Notes: a model not told the origin generated them from the sequence alone. DNA of 63,573 bases, filler included, from Choristocarpus tenellus KU-1152 (GCA_964200185.2; 11 parts of 11 records of this genome joined end to end with filler, not necessarily neighbours in it); one strand, 5' to 3'; shown: positions 14,294 through 27,300, counted from the whole stretch's first letter. Made by a program: numbers and translations.

Positions 14294-14473
14294 GACCCGA
14301 AGTATCTGGGGGGGGGAAGGGGTCTACACCAGAGTGTCCATTAGGACCAAAATCAGGAAAATTGCATTTACATTATCCATCCGACATATGCAACCAAATC
14401 ACCCAAAAATCGTGAAATGAAAAAATTGACCCCAAATGGACAGCCGCCCCTGCCCCCCCAGATACTTTGAGCC
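14294..14473. mobile_element. MITE family B, full length (180 bp)
   Basis: TIRs GACCCGAAGTATCTGGGGGGG / CCCCCCCAGATACTTTGAGCC with flanks CACT| and |ACTG. Confidence 0.85.
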
Positions 14474-15670
14474 ACTGTTCTTTTATTTCACAGGTTCCGC
14501 TGGGAATCAGAGATTCGGAGATGTTCCTGCCCAAGGCCAGACTTTGCGAGAACTCTTGCAACAGTCGTGACGACTCAACGTGTTTATGCACCGCGTCCAC
14601 GCATCAATAACTTACCCCTTTCCACATCGAGCTCGTCGAAAACTCTTGTCTGACTTTCTTAGGACACACAGCAGTCCTTTCAGGTGTTTTGTCTGCAATC
14701 GACGTCCCACGCATCAAAGGAAAGCTCTTACAGGTCCGTTGAGAAGATGTTACGGTAACTGAGTGGGTAAAAATATCGGTGAGAGAATGCACCCTTTTTG
14801 CATGGCCTGCCGAAAATCGTGGTAAAGGTTACCATGTGTTATTTTATTTTTTTTAAGAGAAAGGTGTGATGCGGAAGGCTGCGGCCATGGCCTAGTTTTC
14901 TACTATTGAGCGTATACGGTAGACTTGCGAATGCCTCATATATGTAAAGCTCGTTTGGGGGGGGATATATATGTGAAGATCAACTCACGATTTGTACCAA
15001 CGAACCCAACTCTCCTACCCAAAGTCCTACCCATATCAAATTATCCTCTGTTATCTAATATCTAATATATTGTATTTCTTTCTTTACAGATTAGAAGCCA
15101 AATTCACCCACTAAGATTTTCGCAGAGTAATCCTTTGGGGAACGAGATAGTAAACCGTCAAATTAAATCATAGCGGATTATGGATCTCAAAAAAGAGTTA
15201 TTCAATCGAAGTGACCGATTTATCCCAGCCAATCAAAATGCTGCAAAACCTGCACTGTACAAGAAGGAGACTTACATTGATTTGGGTAGATGGTAGATGC
15301 GCTTGTTTGCAAGCATGTCACACCCTTGAGATGCCTCAGTCGAAACCCTGATCGTCAGGCAGAAACAGGGACTATGTCGCCACAACAGGACTTCCATGCA
15401 CAAATAGGTATCAAGCCAAACTTCACATTTATACAGAGATTGTCAACCGTGTACTGGCAGCCCTTGCACCGATGCTTCAACCTGTTTTAATCCAGAACTC
15501 CTTGCCCACTGTCTGTACAGTCTTGAAAACCGAACCTTCCTCCGTTCCCAGCAAACATAGTACCTCGTTCATCCCCAAAAAGCAAGGCATCAAAACCCGT
15601 TCAACCAGTCACATCCGTTCCCCAGCCTGTGCTTTGATCCCCACTTGCTCTACCCACAGACAAGGCGAGC

Positions 15671-15791
15671 GAGTGAAAGTATCTTAGAGGGTACGAGTTT
15701 TGCCCCGTTTGTCCATTTGGAGCTTGACTTCCCATAGTTTTTTTAGTGACACTTTTCTACTCCAAAATGTTTCGGAGTAGGTAAAATGTGT
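15671..15791. mobile_element. MITE family A, partial (gap)
   Basis: Terminus GAGTGAAAGTATCTTAGAGGGTAC. Confidence 0.88.
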
Positions 15792-15891
15792 NNNNNNNNN
15801 NNNNNNNNNNNNNNNNNNNNNNNNNNNNNNNNNNNTTAATTAATTAANNNNNNNNNNNNNNNNNNNNNNNNNNNNNNNNNNNNNNNNNNNN

Positions 15892-16147
15892 CTTTGCTGA
15901 ACGTGATTACATGGTTGAAATTGGAAGAGAGAGTGACCTTTGTGGGGCGTCTTCTCATTGTTTGTTTATTATGATTATTGTGTTTTCACTATCTATTTCA
16001 AAGTCGCGAAAGGGAATGAATAACAAACAAACTCCATATATAATCCGGATGTACTATCTTATTAGTTACATCACATGGATTCAATTCATCACAATAATCT
16101 CATATACACAAAATAAGGTACACTTCACTATTGTCCTATTTTGCACA
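15892..16147. repeat. Dispersed repeat, inverted homologue of about 30675-30910
   Basis: Several colinear reverse-complement blocks, e.g. TAATCCGGATGTACTATCT and TGCTGAACGTGATTACATGGTTGAAAT. Confidence 0.85.
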
Positions 16148-17100
16148 AAATCAGATGGAACATCCATCAAAACAAACACCCAATGCATAAAATATATGCA
16201 CCCATACAGCACACAAGATCAAATCTGTTCCTTACCTTCTTCATGTCCATACTTACCTCATACGAACTGGCAGTCCTGGACGAAATATCAGCACACCAAA
16301 TCAGATGGAAGATCCATCAACAAAAAATCCCAATGAAAGAATTATGAACTCATTCATCACACAAGATCAAAGCCAGTCCTTACCTTCTTCATGTCCATAC
16401 TTACATCACATGAATTGGTAGTCCTATATAAAATATCAACACACCAAATCAGGCGGAAGATCCATCAACACAAACACCCAATGCACAAAATATATGCACC
16501 CATACAGCACACAAGATAAAATCTGTTCCTTGCCTTCATGTCCATACTTACCTCATACGAACTGGCAGTCCTGGACGAAATATCAGCACACCAAATCGGA
16601 TGGAAGATCCATCAACAAAAAATCCCAATGAAAGAATTATGAACTCACTCATTACACAAGATCAAATCCAGTCCTTACCTTCTTCATGTCCATACTTACC
16701 TCTTATGAACGGGCAGTTCTATACAAAATATCAACACACCAAATCAGATGGAACATCCACATCAACACAAACACCCAATGCACAAAATATATGTACCCAT
16801 ACAGCACACAAGATAAAATCTGTTCCTTACCTTCTTCATGTCCATACTTACCTCTTATGAACTGGCAGTCGTGGACGAAATATCAGCACACCAAATCAGA
16901 GGGAAGATCCATCAACACAAACACCCAATGAACAACACCCATACAAGCACACAAGATCAAGACCACTCCTTACCTTCTTCACATCCTTACCTACATCTCA
17001 TAAGCTTGGAGCCCTGGACGAAATATCAACACACTAAATCAGATGGAAGATTCATCAATACAAACACAAAATGCACAAAATATCTATCCATCCAGCACAC
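16143..17100 (-). repeat. Tandem array of about 6.5 units of 143-152 bp with A/B alternation; each unit holds a 19-nt splice-site-flanked segment
   Basis: Recurring CACCAAATCAGATGGAAGATCCATC and CCTTACCTTCTTCATGTCCATACTTAC; periods 148, 147, 148, 152, 143. Confidence 0.95.
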
Positions 17101-17260
17101 AACAACAAAACCATTCGTTACCTTCCTTGTAGAACAACATACAATTTCCAATTCGAAATTGGAGAACAAGAAGTACGTGCCATGCGATTGAAACATAGCC
17201 AATGGTTGAGGCAGTTGTCGTTCCTCGGTCTGGTTGGTACCTTTCGTCATGGCTATGGCC

Positions 17261-18208
17261 CTACTGACGCATCTGGAAGAGAATGCTCGCAGCTTCAGTG
17301 TCGTCGATGATCGGACTGATATCATGGTGCGCGTTTTTCGTACACGACTGGTAAGATCGTAGGCTGAGAACAAGAATCGCATCTTCCTCCAACTTGGGCT
17401 GGGTTCTCGTCTTAACCTCGGCCTTGCCAGCGCCTGCAGGTTTCGTGGTGATCCCTATGGCGCCGGTGGTTTTCTTCGTGGTCTTCGAGGCTTTGGGCCC
17501 CTTCTTGCCAACGTCAGCAGTCTTCGCCAACTTCCTCGGCGCGGCGACCTTGGTTTCGACCTTCCGGTGGCTTGGAGCGGCAACGTTGGAAGCCCTGCTG
17601 GAGATGGTTGAAGCAGAGTTCGTCCTTCTCGTCCTAACACCTGTAGATTTGGACGTCGCCTCCTTTACCATCGAAGATCTCGATGCCTCCATCTCTCTGG
17701 AGGCTGCTGCTCTCGTGGTCATCTTCGTAGCACCCATAGTCAACATGTTTGGGGCGGCGGCGACAACCTCGATCTCAACCATCTCATGACTGGAGGTGAT
17801 GGTCTTTGCTGCAGGGTTGAAGACGGTGGAAGGAGTCTTCATCCTCCTCTTTCCAGCGCAGGTAGCATTGGACAGCGGCACCATTGAAGAAGTCAATTCC
17901 TTCGTATTGATGGAAACCGCAACCTTGGTCGCACTGATGGTGTGGGCAGGAGTCTGGGACTTCTTTCTCTTTCTGGCGCCGGCAGCGTCGAAATCCACCT
18001 TCGGGACGTTCGAAGGAGTCTTTGTCTTGCCCTTGCAGGTGTTGCTAACCTTGGGCGCCATCTTGTTGACCTTGCGCCGAACCCTGCTCGTACTGGGTTC
18101 CACGAAGGAGCTGACTTGTAGATTGTCAGCGGCAGAATCGTAAGTCGTCTTTGTCTGTGCTCGAGTCTTCACCATCTTTCTTCGCACTTCTTCTTGCTTT
18201 AGGTACAC
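17261..18208 (-). CDS. Hypothetical Lys/Thr/Ala/Ser-rich basic protein, about 305-315 aa, probably disordered; likely start MVKTR
   Basis: Uninterrupted 948-nt ORF, more GC-rich than its flanks, with basic patches (RKRKK, KRRMK). No recognisable domain. Confidence 0.7.
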   Translation of the reverse strand: MYLKQEEVRRKMVKTRAQTKTTYDSAADNLQVSSFVEPSTSRVRRKVNKMAPKVSNTCKGKTKTPSNVPKVDFDAAGARKRKKSQTPAHTISATKVAVSINTKELTSSMVPLSNATCAGKRRMKTPSTVFNPAAKTITSSHEMVEIEVVAAAPNMLTMGATKMTTRAAASREMEASRSSMVKEATSKSTGVRTRRTNSASTISSRASNVAAPSHRKVETKVAAPRKLAKTADVGKKGPKASKTTKKTTGAIGITTKPAGAGKAEVKTRTQPKLEEDAILVLSLRSYQSCTKNAHHDISPIIDDTEAASILFQMRQ

Positions 18209-20280
18209 CTTCTCGTAGCTTCAGAGTCTGTAGGAACTAGCTGAATTTGGGACGATCGAGAACGGTGTGAGAGGTGGGATGCCTCAGTAAAATTGTGTTT
18301 CATCTGTATTTTGTTTTGTTTTGTGAAACCGCGAATAACTTGAATTGTGTATACCATATATTGTTAGAGTCATCAATGTGTACGTGAAAATCCGAAACCG
18401 ACAACTGACTTGAAATTTGAGTGCAAAAAAATGTAATGCAAAACATTCACACATAGTCAGGTGGCCTCTGTCAAGGTTCCATCAAAGGAACGCTTGATAC
18501 ACAGTTTAAACACCAAGTTTAAACACCAAGTTTTAAACTTGGTTGATGTCATTTTCTCCTTCAAGTAGACGTACTTCATCCTAAATTGTGGCAACACAAC
18601 AGAAGGGTACGTTCACCTGTCCTTACCCATCACTGAACAATAAAAACAAGGTGGTGACAAAGGTTCTAGGATATTTATTCTATTATGGGTGTGTGACGAA
18701 TGGTCGGATGAATGTGGAACTATAAAGACGCTTGTTATTGAACTACTACCTCAAAGTTCATACGTTCCACTTGAAGTACTTTGTGACTTACTACTGTGTA
18801 CTCAGAAATTAATAATGGTGCAGGTAGGTGGAGGGTGTTTAGTTCCTCTAAACTACATGTGGAGGTCTATGATAGTTCTTCAAGTTGAATGAGGGTACAA
18901 ATGACAAGATCACAAACAGTGAGTGGCTCAATCTCTACATCCGTTGATGTAAAACAAAAATAAACACAAAAATACCAAAAATGTCTACTACTTTTTTTCA
19001 GACTTGGACTACATAGTCTACCATACACGACGGATGGATGGTGTTGTGACGAAGTCGGGTTCATTTTCGTGAATGATGAGAACTAGAGGGGGCTGGGTTG
19101 TGACCATTTTACTACTGCACTTTCAGGCTCATCAAGAAACTACTTTGATGTTCCAACAACTATTTTTGGTAACATGATACAACATGATGACAATGGCAGT
19201 GAGTATGTGATTTGTTTGTAAGTAGCAAATGTATATGATGTCGGTCATGTCCTATCGCCAAGAAAATCTGGCAAACCACGGAAGAAAAAAAGTGACTGGA
19301 TCATACATTTGACAGAGTGTTGGTTGACCAAGCAACCAAGCAAACATATCACAGTGACGCAGACTGATGATTGAGATGCAAGGTGTGAAATTTGGGGATT
19401 GGCTGCAGCCAGGTGTTCTTACTCTCAATAGGTAGAGGCACACTACAAACCATAATGTGAATGCCTGCATATTCTCATGGATGTGCTCCATACTAGGGCT
19501 CCATGGTTGTCACAGCCAGCACTTTTTGGGCCTACCGTTGCCTTCACTTACTTCTGGTTAGGCCGTTCGTGTTGCTTCTCTGAAGCACCCTGTTCCCCTT
19601 CCCTCCGCATTTTCCTCAAAGCAACTCTTCTCCTCTTTTGGATGTGATTCGTTCGCCGAGTAGGTGCAATGAACTTGCACAACAAGTCATGCATCATCTG
19701 TTTAGTGGGTATGCATGCGATACGTTGCTAAATCACAAGGAAATCATGAACGTTCAACCCATCATAGTTTTGCTTGGTGTTGGTTGTGTTGGTGAAATAT
19801 TTCCACTGGGCTAGGTATTGGTTATAATTTGAAGTGTCGAAAACACTATGTATTTGTGGTCTCAAAGAGAGAAATGCATCGCATTTGTGATCCTTCAAGT
19901 CAGGGAAACTTCTATTTGTGCTTACTTGCTTCACTTGTCATCATTGCTCAAGTGAAGTTAACAACTTCACATACTTGTGATCAGATCCGCAGCAGTCTTG
20001 TATGCAAAGGTTGAATAGCGAGCCTAAGTTGGTGCAATTTCTCTTGTTTGGTTAACTCTGATAACGTGATATGAGGTGTGGAGAGTGAAAACACGGAAGA
20101 AATGGGTCTGGCTATCCACATCTGATGCTGGAGATATACTCCGTGTATCATTTTTCTTCAAAAAGGTGGCTGAAACCCGCAAGTTGACTGCAATTGAAAG
20201 GGTATCCACCTACAATGGAGGTATAGCAACATATATCCCTGCATCTTCCCCTTGTCTTGTTGGCACTTGACATCACCTCC

Positions 20281-20538
20281 GAGTGAAAGTATCTCAGAGG
20301 GTACAAGTTTTGTCCTGTTTGTCCGTTTGGGGCTTGGATTCCCACGTGTTTTTAATGATATTCTCGTTCTTCGAAATGTTTCAGAGTAGGTAAAATATAT
20401 ATGTTATTAAAAGGTGTGTCCAGATGAAGGATATTGACACTTCCTAACAAACATGATAGCCAAAATTACATCAAATTCGGAACATTGGATTTTGGCCCCT
20501 AAATGGACGCAGCTCTACCCTCTAAGATACTTTGACTC
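20281..20538. mobile_element. MITE family A, full length
   Basis: GAGTGAAAGTATCT...AGATACTTTGACTC with flanks CTCC/CTTC. Confidence 0.92.
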
Positions 20539-21558
20539 CTTCCCCGTGACTAGGTATTTATTGTCTTGGTTGAGGGTGGTGTCTGTCGACGATGGATAGA
20601 TATACACAGGCACCATAGTGGTACACTTTCTTGAGTGAATTGGTGGGGGTGGAGGCAGAATCGTGGAAGAAGAACGACCAAAAAATGTTGAGCGATACTG
20701 TGAAAGGGTTGTGAAATCTGAATGAAAAAGGTGAAAGGGGTGTGTCCTAAGCAAGGGGGACTCATCTAAAAGACGGATGTTGTGTAGTGTGTCCACCTAC
20801 AAGATATTATTGTAAGGTTTGGAAGCAACAGCTGTCATCTACTCTTCATGGTACCCTTTACACAGTGCCTGCATATATCTCGTTGGTCGCCAACCCTGCA
20901 CCCTGCGTGTTTACTTGATGTTTACCTCTTCCATGATTTGGACATAGTGTAATCCACCAGCAGGATACCGAGTACTACTGAGCCAGATCAATTGAGAGGT
21001 AAGCAGGTTTGAACTCTTCTGCGTTCTAAGCCAACGTTCTTACCTCGTGCAATACGCTGTATTTACTTGCTTTATATCTATAACAGTGTACGCAAAATTG
21101 ATATTCCTCCTTCTCACAAATTGACACCAGGATTAAGCAAAGGCTCTTTCTGCGATTGTATAAAATGGTGTCTTTTCCCTTTCTCGGGATCGTTAAAATG
21201 CAACCCTGCCTGCCTGTCAGTTGGTTTCTTTCACTGTAGTTGATAAAAACGTAGGATGTTGATATCGTGCTACCACTAGGAGCTGCTGGGGTTGGGAGTC
21301 AGCTTCTATTGGAAATGTTGGAGAGACTCCTATGCCATTTGTACCGCAATAGCGAGGTGGGGAAAACATTGAATTATTCTTTACTACTGGTATCTCCCCG
21401 GACCTTCTTAGCCAAACATTATCTGAAAATCAATCTTGAGGTGCACTTGAGTATTTCTACGTGTTACCTGGTTGGTGTTGCGCATTAGTTTCTGTGCAAT
21501 ATAGGCTGATAGTCTCTATGGTTTATAGTTTAGTGAAAAGTGCTAGACAATAAGAATT

Positions 21559-21622
21559 TGGGCTAAGTGGAACAAGCGTTATTGGTTTGGGTTCGTGTGT
21601 TTGAAGTAATGGGTTCGATTCC
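21559..21622 (+). repeat. Possible tRNA-derived SINE head remnant
   Basis: A-box-like TGGGCTAAGTGG and B-box GGTTCGATTCC at tRNA-like spacing; no cloverleaf. Confidence 0.3.
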
Positions 21623-21674
21623 TAGATGTTTTATCTATTTTTACTTGATATTAATGACCTGATGGAGGAGTTCT

Positions 21675-21917
21675 GACATAGTACGATGTAACGGCAGGAC
21701 ACGTTATGATGTGTCACCTGATGTGTCAGCTGATATATGTAATAAACAATAAGATAATAAAAGAGAGCACCCCCCCCCACCACCGATTAGCTACACAGGA
21801 TAAGTGACATAGTACGATATAACGGCAGGACACGTTTCGATGTGTCAGCTGATGTGTCAGCTGATATATGCAATAAACAGTAAGATAATAAGAGAGAGCA
21901 CCCCTCCCCACCACCGA
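21675..21917. repeat. Direct tandem duplication, about 130-bp period, 2 copies
   Basis: TGACATAGTACGAT...GAGAGCACCCC(C/T)CCCCACCACCGA occurs twice. Confidence 0.9.
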
Positions 21918-22617
21918 GGGCAGTGCTCACTCCGCTAATAAATACATCTATACACCATGATGCAAATACTCTACTTGAGTAACTCTCTTTTGCAAAGTTT
22001 CCACTTTTGCGGCAGCTCAAAATCAGAGACTTACAGCACCAGAGCAGATAGCCGGGACAGGGTTGTATGGTGGGCAAGCAAGGTAGAATAGTTTATAACA
22101 GGACAAATCCTAAAGCCATGGGATTTTAACAGGGGCAGACTACAGACTGGCCTGGATTTGTTCAACAAGGTCAGCCCAAAACTTTCAGTGATTTTCTTCA
22201 TGGGTCATGGGCTGGCACCGATAAGACATGTCTTCCTGAGGCCAAGCCAGGCCTCGGCTTGCTCAGACTGGGCTGGGTTGGTGCTCCAGCAGTTAAGATA
22301 GGGCAAGGGTTTAGTGCGAGCCCGGTATAAAAATAAATGAAAGCGAGAAAGTAAATTTCAATTTCCTTGTGCCTCTAACACTAAATTATCATATCATCAT
22401 ACCCGTTTAACCCACTGACGATTTTCTCACTTATGGAACTCACGAAATTTCCCTGGTCGATGCATAGCCTACTCAAAAAACACCCTTAAGATATCTTTTA
22501 AAAACCCTGGTTCACGATTGAATTGTGAACTGCAACGCGTTCATTTCAACCTTGAAGCAGATGTGTTTAACCCTGCCGGTTCAGTACAAAGCAGTGGATA
22601 TTGGTTTCAAGGGATTA

Positions 22618-23130
22618 TGTTACAGGCGAATAGCGTGAGCATTTCTTTGTGTGTTCTAGCAAGCACGAGCAGTATACGAGATTCATAGCACATATGCTAC
22701 AGGCACGCTCCAGAAACTTACCTCCACAGGATTGGTAGCTCCAATTCACAGATTAACGAACATCAGCTCAGCAGAACAGGGGTACTCTCAATGAATCATT
22801 TAGCATAAGACAATGTATGTTCTTCGATATCAGTAAGAGTGTTTAAGTAGGGTCTCTAGGTCAGAAGAACTGAGCTGTTTGGAGCCGTTTTTAGGATACC
22901 TTATCATCATTTATCGTTGGGGCTTCTTTAGTTTACAGACATATTGGAATATATCTGAGAACCTTTGCGACCTTTCCATCTGGGAACCCTTGCGACTTTC
23001 CCGAGTTACAGATTTAACTCTGCAACTTTTAAGCAAATCGGAGTTCCCCCTTTTGGGGTTCCCCACCCGCATACACTGCTCGCGCCGGTTAAAGCGCGGG
23101 AAGAAATACTCGCGCTATTCGCCTGTAACA
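22618..23130. mobile_element. TGTTACA-family element with 18-bp perfect TIRs
   Basis: TGTTACAGGCGAATAGCG ... CGCTATTCGCCTGTAACA. No TSD match (ATTA/TGCC). Confidence 0.7.
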
Positions 23131-23752
23131 TGCCCCCAGTGTGAACTAGGCATACATGTTTCACGCTTACTACAGGCGATTATCACCGGTTAAGACAATA
23201 GATATCATCCATAACCTCAGATCACGCTGTAGCAGCATGGATGGGTTGGTTACCATCAAACAAAAGAGAGGCTCCAGTTCCAAAATTGCCAGTTGTTTCC
23301 AACACAGGGACCTCGGTTCCAAACTGACCAGGTATTTCCAACAAATGATCGACATATCTCCCAGTTTCTTTTGAGAATAAATCCTCAAAAGTCTTAAGAC
23401 ACAGTCAGAATCAATAAATGTCTGACCTAATCAGAGTATATATTTTTATTAAAAAATATGTAACTTCGACTAGGTCCAGAATCGATCAACATATATCCTT
23501 ACTCTTCTTGGGATAAAATTTATCCCAAGAGGCATAGAATACTATGAGAAACAGTTTGCATCTGGGCTAATCTGAGTATATACTTGCTCCTTCTGAAACA
23601 TCTTCAAAAGTTGCAAAACATAATCTCTGGCAAGGCCTAGAATAAATCGGATTCCAGTTCCGATCACCCCAATCACAAATGTGATTAATTCATCTCCACG
23701 ATTCTTTAAAAAGGGTCCGTCCACCAGGTCACAGGATGTAATCTTATTCAGT

Positions 23753-24301
23753 CCTGTGGAGGTGAGTTCTGAGGGGCGCCTGTAACACATTTCTTCTCGT
23801 GTTTTAGCAAAAACGAACATTTGTTAGAGGCGAATAGTGCGAGCATTGTTTCTCGCGTTCTATCAAGCGCGAACGGTATAAGAGATTAGTAACACATAGA
23901 TAGCCTCACAGAATAATGCTGATTTCGTAGAAGATACAGAGTAAGATTCGTAGTGCATACGTTACATTACAGAAAAAAACGTCAAAGTTCCTAAGAAGTT
24001 GCAGAATAAAGGTTTATGATTGGAGTACATATATAGCAGTTGCATAGAATACCAAAGAAATTGGGTGAATGATGAAAATAATAAAAGAACATTTGGTCAA
24101 AACCATCACCCCTCTTAAAACAGTATTTTATCTTGAACGAAACATTGAGTCGAGCTTTGAGCTAAGCACTGAGTGGGGTATCAAGAAAAGGCTGCCTGAC
24201 ACCCAACAAACTGTTAGCAAGGGCAGCGTCCCCATAGCGTCGTCTTAAGGTCGTTGGATTTGAGTTACACATCCTGTGGAGGTCTGGGGCGCACTGCAAC
24301 A
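23753..24301. mobile_element. TGTTACA-family copy, rearranged tail-to-head
   Basis: Homologous to 13128-13935 without the MITE. The end block CCTGTGGAGGTGAGTTCTGAGGG precedes the start block. Confidence 0.8.
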
Positions 24302-27300
24302 GAACTACCTCAAGCAAGGGCAGAGAGAAGGAGGATGGCGATCGGCCTGCATTACCAAGAGGATGGGCAGTCCTCCTATTAGAATGAACCCCTGAGTCCA
24401 CGATGTGATGATAGCTGCACGGTAAGAACTGCAAGGTGACACCCAGTCGTAGTGGAAACATTTAATTTACATTCAATTTTTTTCCCCCCTTCTAATTCCA
24501 ACATATCTACTTGGACCTCACCCACACGCCCTGAACACTCACCCCCTTCCCCACCTCTCTCTTCATGCCAAACATGAAATGGGAGAGGAACTACATATTC
24601 CATAATGGCATGCGTCCTGCAAGTCCCAACTCTACACATGCATACTTGCAGCCCCTCAAGTTGGGTATTCCCCCATGCTCATCTTCACCGTCTTGTCTGA
24701 GGAGCACACAAGTCGCTTGCTGTATACGGTCAAATGTCTAGGGGAACTTCTCGTCAATCTCCGTGAGGTGCTCCACGAGCAGGTAACGCTTGGTATGCTT
24801 CTCGCCAACAGAGTGGGCGTTCTACGTCGGCCACTTCTCAGGTGATGTAATACTAGTAACAGTTGCATTGTTTCTTGTTGCCTAAAGAGCTATTATTCCC
24901 TTACCCATATAGAGATACATATGTCTGAATTGTATCTGCTGGTCTGGTGTCAAGACTGGTTCTATCTTATTCTCAACTTGTGATGGAGTGTCTCTCTCTC
25001 CTATAGCGATATCACCCGATCATGTCACCCACACGACAATTTGGTCACGCGCGTCTCGTGCTGTTCCTCTTCTTGTTTACAGTTGAAATTTATATTTTTT
25101 ATGTACGTCTCTCATCCTGCTACTACCACTTCTGTTCTGTTGTTTATGAGACCTTCTAAAGTCCAGGGACATGAACATAGTTGTTGAGAACACACTCCTC
25201 TGCCTCGTATACAGTGGCAGACTCATCGGATGGGTATGTATATGCACAAAGATATATTTGTATCTGACGATGCTGAGCTTGGAATGGGAGAAGGGAATGT
25301 GGGACATCCATCAGAAGAATGCAAGTTTTCTCATCAAGAGGTGAGACCGGTTCTGTATTTTAATTGTATTAGAGAGAGACTATTGCACAAAGAGTAGCCG
25401 TGTGGGAAAATGAGATACCAGCGATATCAAGTATTATACATCAACAATCTTCTAGGGCACACCTGTGACTTTCAGAGAGGTTATCTCAACTGTCAAAGGA
25501 GGAAGCCGTGTCAGCGTTCAATGGAACATCTGAGCAATCACGACACCAATTAACCTCTGACCGTGCAATGCATGTCACTAGGTTCATCAGTGAGAATTCA
25601 CGGGTGCTTCATTGCACTATAATACACCTTCACCACAACCAGCCTGCCGGGGCACAAGAGCACATTTCACTCAATCCCAGGTTTCAACAGGTTATGAGCC
25701 TCACACGATTTCCCTTCGCACAACGTGATCCATGTGAACATGAGTGAATGCCCTCACTCATGGTCACAAGGTCCGTTCCTCGCTGAGGGTGAGGCACAGA
25801 TGCGATGATGCAGACCCTTTCCTCCTAATTCGAGAGAAGCGGAGATATAGACGAGTCCGTAACACCCCAATGAGCTAACAGCAGTCCCATGTACTAAGTA
25901 GACTTTTCTCTCCGGTTTGAAGAGACAAGGCAGGACCTTCATGTGACAAAATGCATTACAAGGTTACTATGATGGGAAATGTAGCTTCAGTCCACAAGCC
26001 CGTTGGCAAATTATGAGGTTCGTGTAAGGCTCTACAAAGGAAGTGTCATCAACTATGCGGGATCTCTCACTTCGATTATTTGCCTTATTGCTTTGATTGG
26101 GTATACAAAAGGACTGCCATGATGGGTAAGGTAAATATATAACCGTACCATGACTAAAGTAATAAATAAATAGTCAAGAGGCGCAAAGATAAAATCTAGG
26201 ACTTCCAGGTCATAATGACGTTATGAAACTGCCATTAAGACCCATCGCCGGTAGCAGTCATAACAAGAGCAAGCAAACAACAGGTATCACCATCGTCACT
26301 AGATGAAGGGGCTACGGCACACTGTGAAATGCTAACAGAGCGCCCACACGAGCACGACATGGCACAAGATTCGGCATCATTTCAACAAGGTCCCCACCAC
26401 TGATATTCTACTCTGTACAAATGAGAAAATTCCATTTCAGTTCCGTCTCAAAGAACTCAATGGCCAACAAAAATCTATTTCTACAAACTGTCATTCTGGG
26501 TTTCAATTACCGACTCCAGGGTTAAGAGATCCTGTGTTTGATGTGTCAGTTCTGTTAGGCATTGGGTGTTACACCCACGAGTCCCCTTTCAGATCAAGTG
26601 AGTCACTCTGTGTGCTGGATGTGAAGTCATTACAAGAACGATCAAAGAGCAATAAGCTTTTATTCTGACAAGACAGTACTACTTTAAAGTAACATGTACT
26701 CCTCCATCTCATATTTTGATAGGACAGCAAAGCAAGGCGTGGGAGTATATTATTATGCCCGATGATATATTGGAGAGATATCGGGGAAAACCAAAGCTGT
26801 ATCACAGGGATCCCTCGAAAAATACGTTAACTGTTGATGGAATAGATGCCTCTATGAAAAATATATTCTATTTAAACACTAACAACACAACAATGTTCAA
26901 TTGAAGGTTGGCAACTACTACGTATTGTGTACACTGCTGCTATGCCTCTAAAAACAAAGGTGATGAGGAGGTAGGGAAACATCCCAAGAACCTGACAGGT
27001 CTATTCTTGAGCAAGCTCATTGCCTGGTGCCTCTAGCGTGAAACACATGACACACCTCGAAACAGCCCCTTGTGCAGTGACGGACACTATCTGTCTCAAA
27101 CGGGACTTCATAGCAGCCCCTTTCCTAACATATCCTCCCACCCCTCATCCCCCTACTGCATGTATGGCTAACTCATCCAACAAGATTCTCTACTTGCTTT
27201 CCAAGGCACTCAATACTTTCCACCGTGAAGGTGTTGAGATTAAAAGCACAAGGGTCAAACAAACACCCGTAATGGGTGCGTTTTCGTGGCTCGGGTCGCA

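Noticed and set aside
16143-17100. CRISPR array or coding repeat protein
   Set aside because: Whole units are homologous with no unique spacers and no cas genes nearby. Unit lengths are mostly not multiples of 3 and the + strand frames hit stops.
21559-21622. tRNA gene
   Set aside because: Only A- and B-box-like words; acceptor and anticodon stems do not form.
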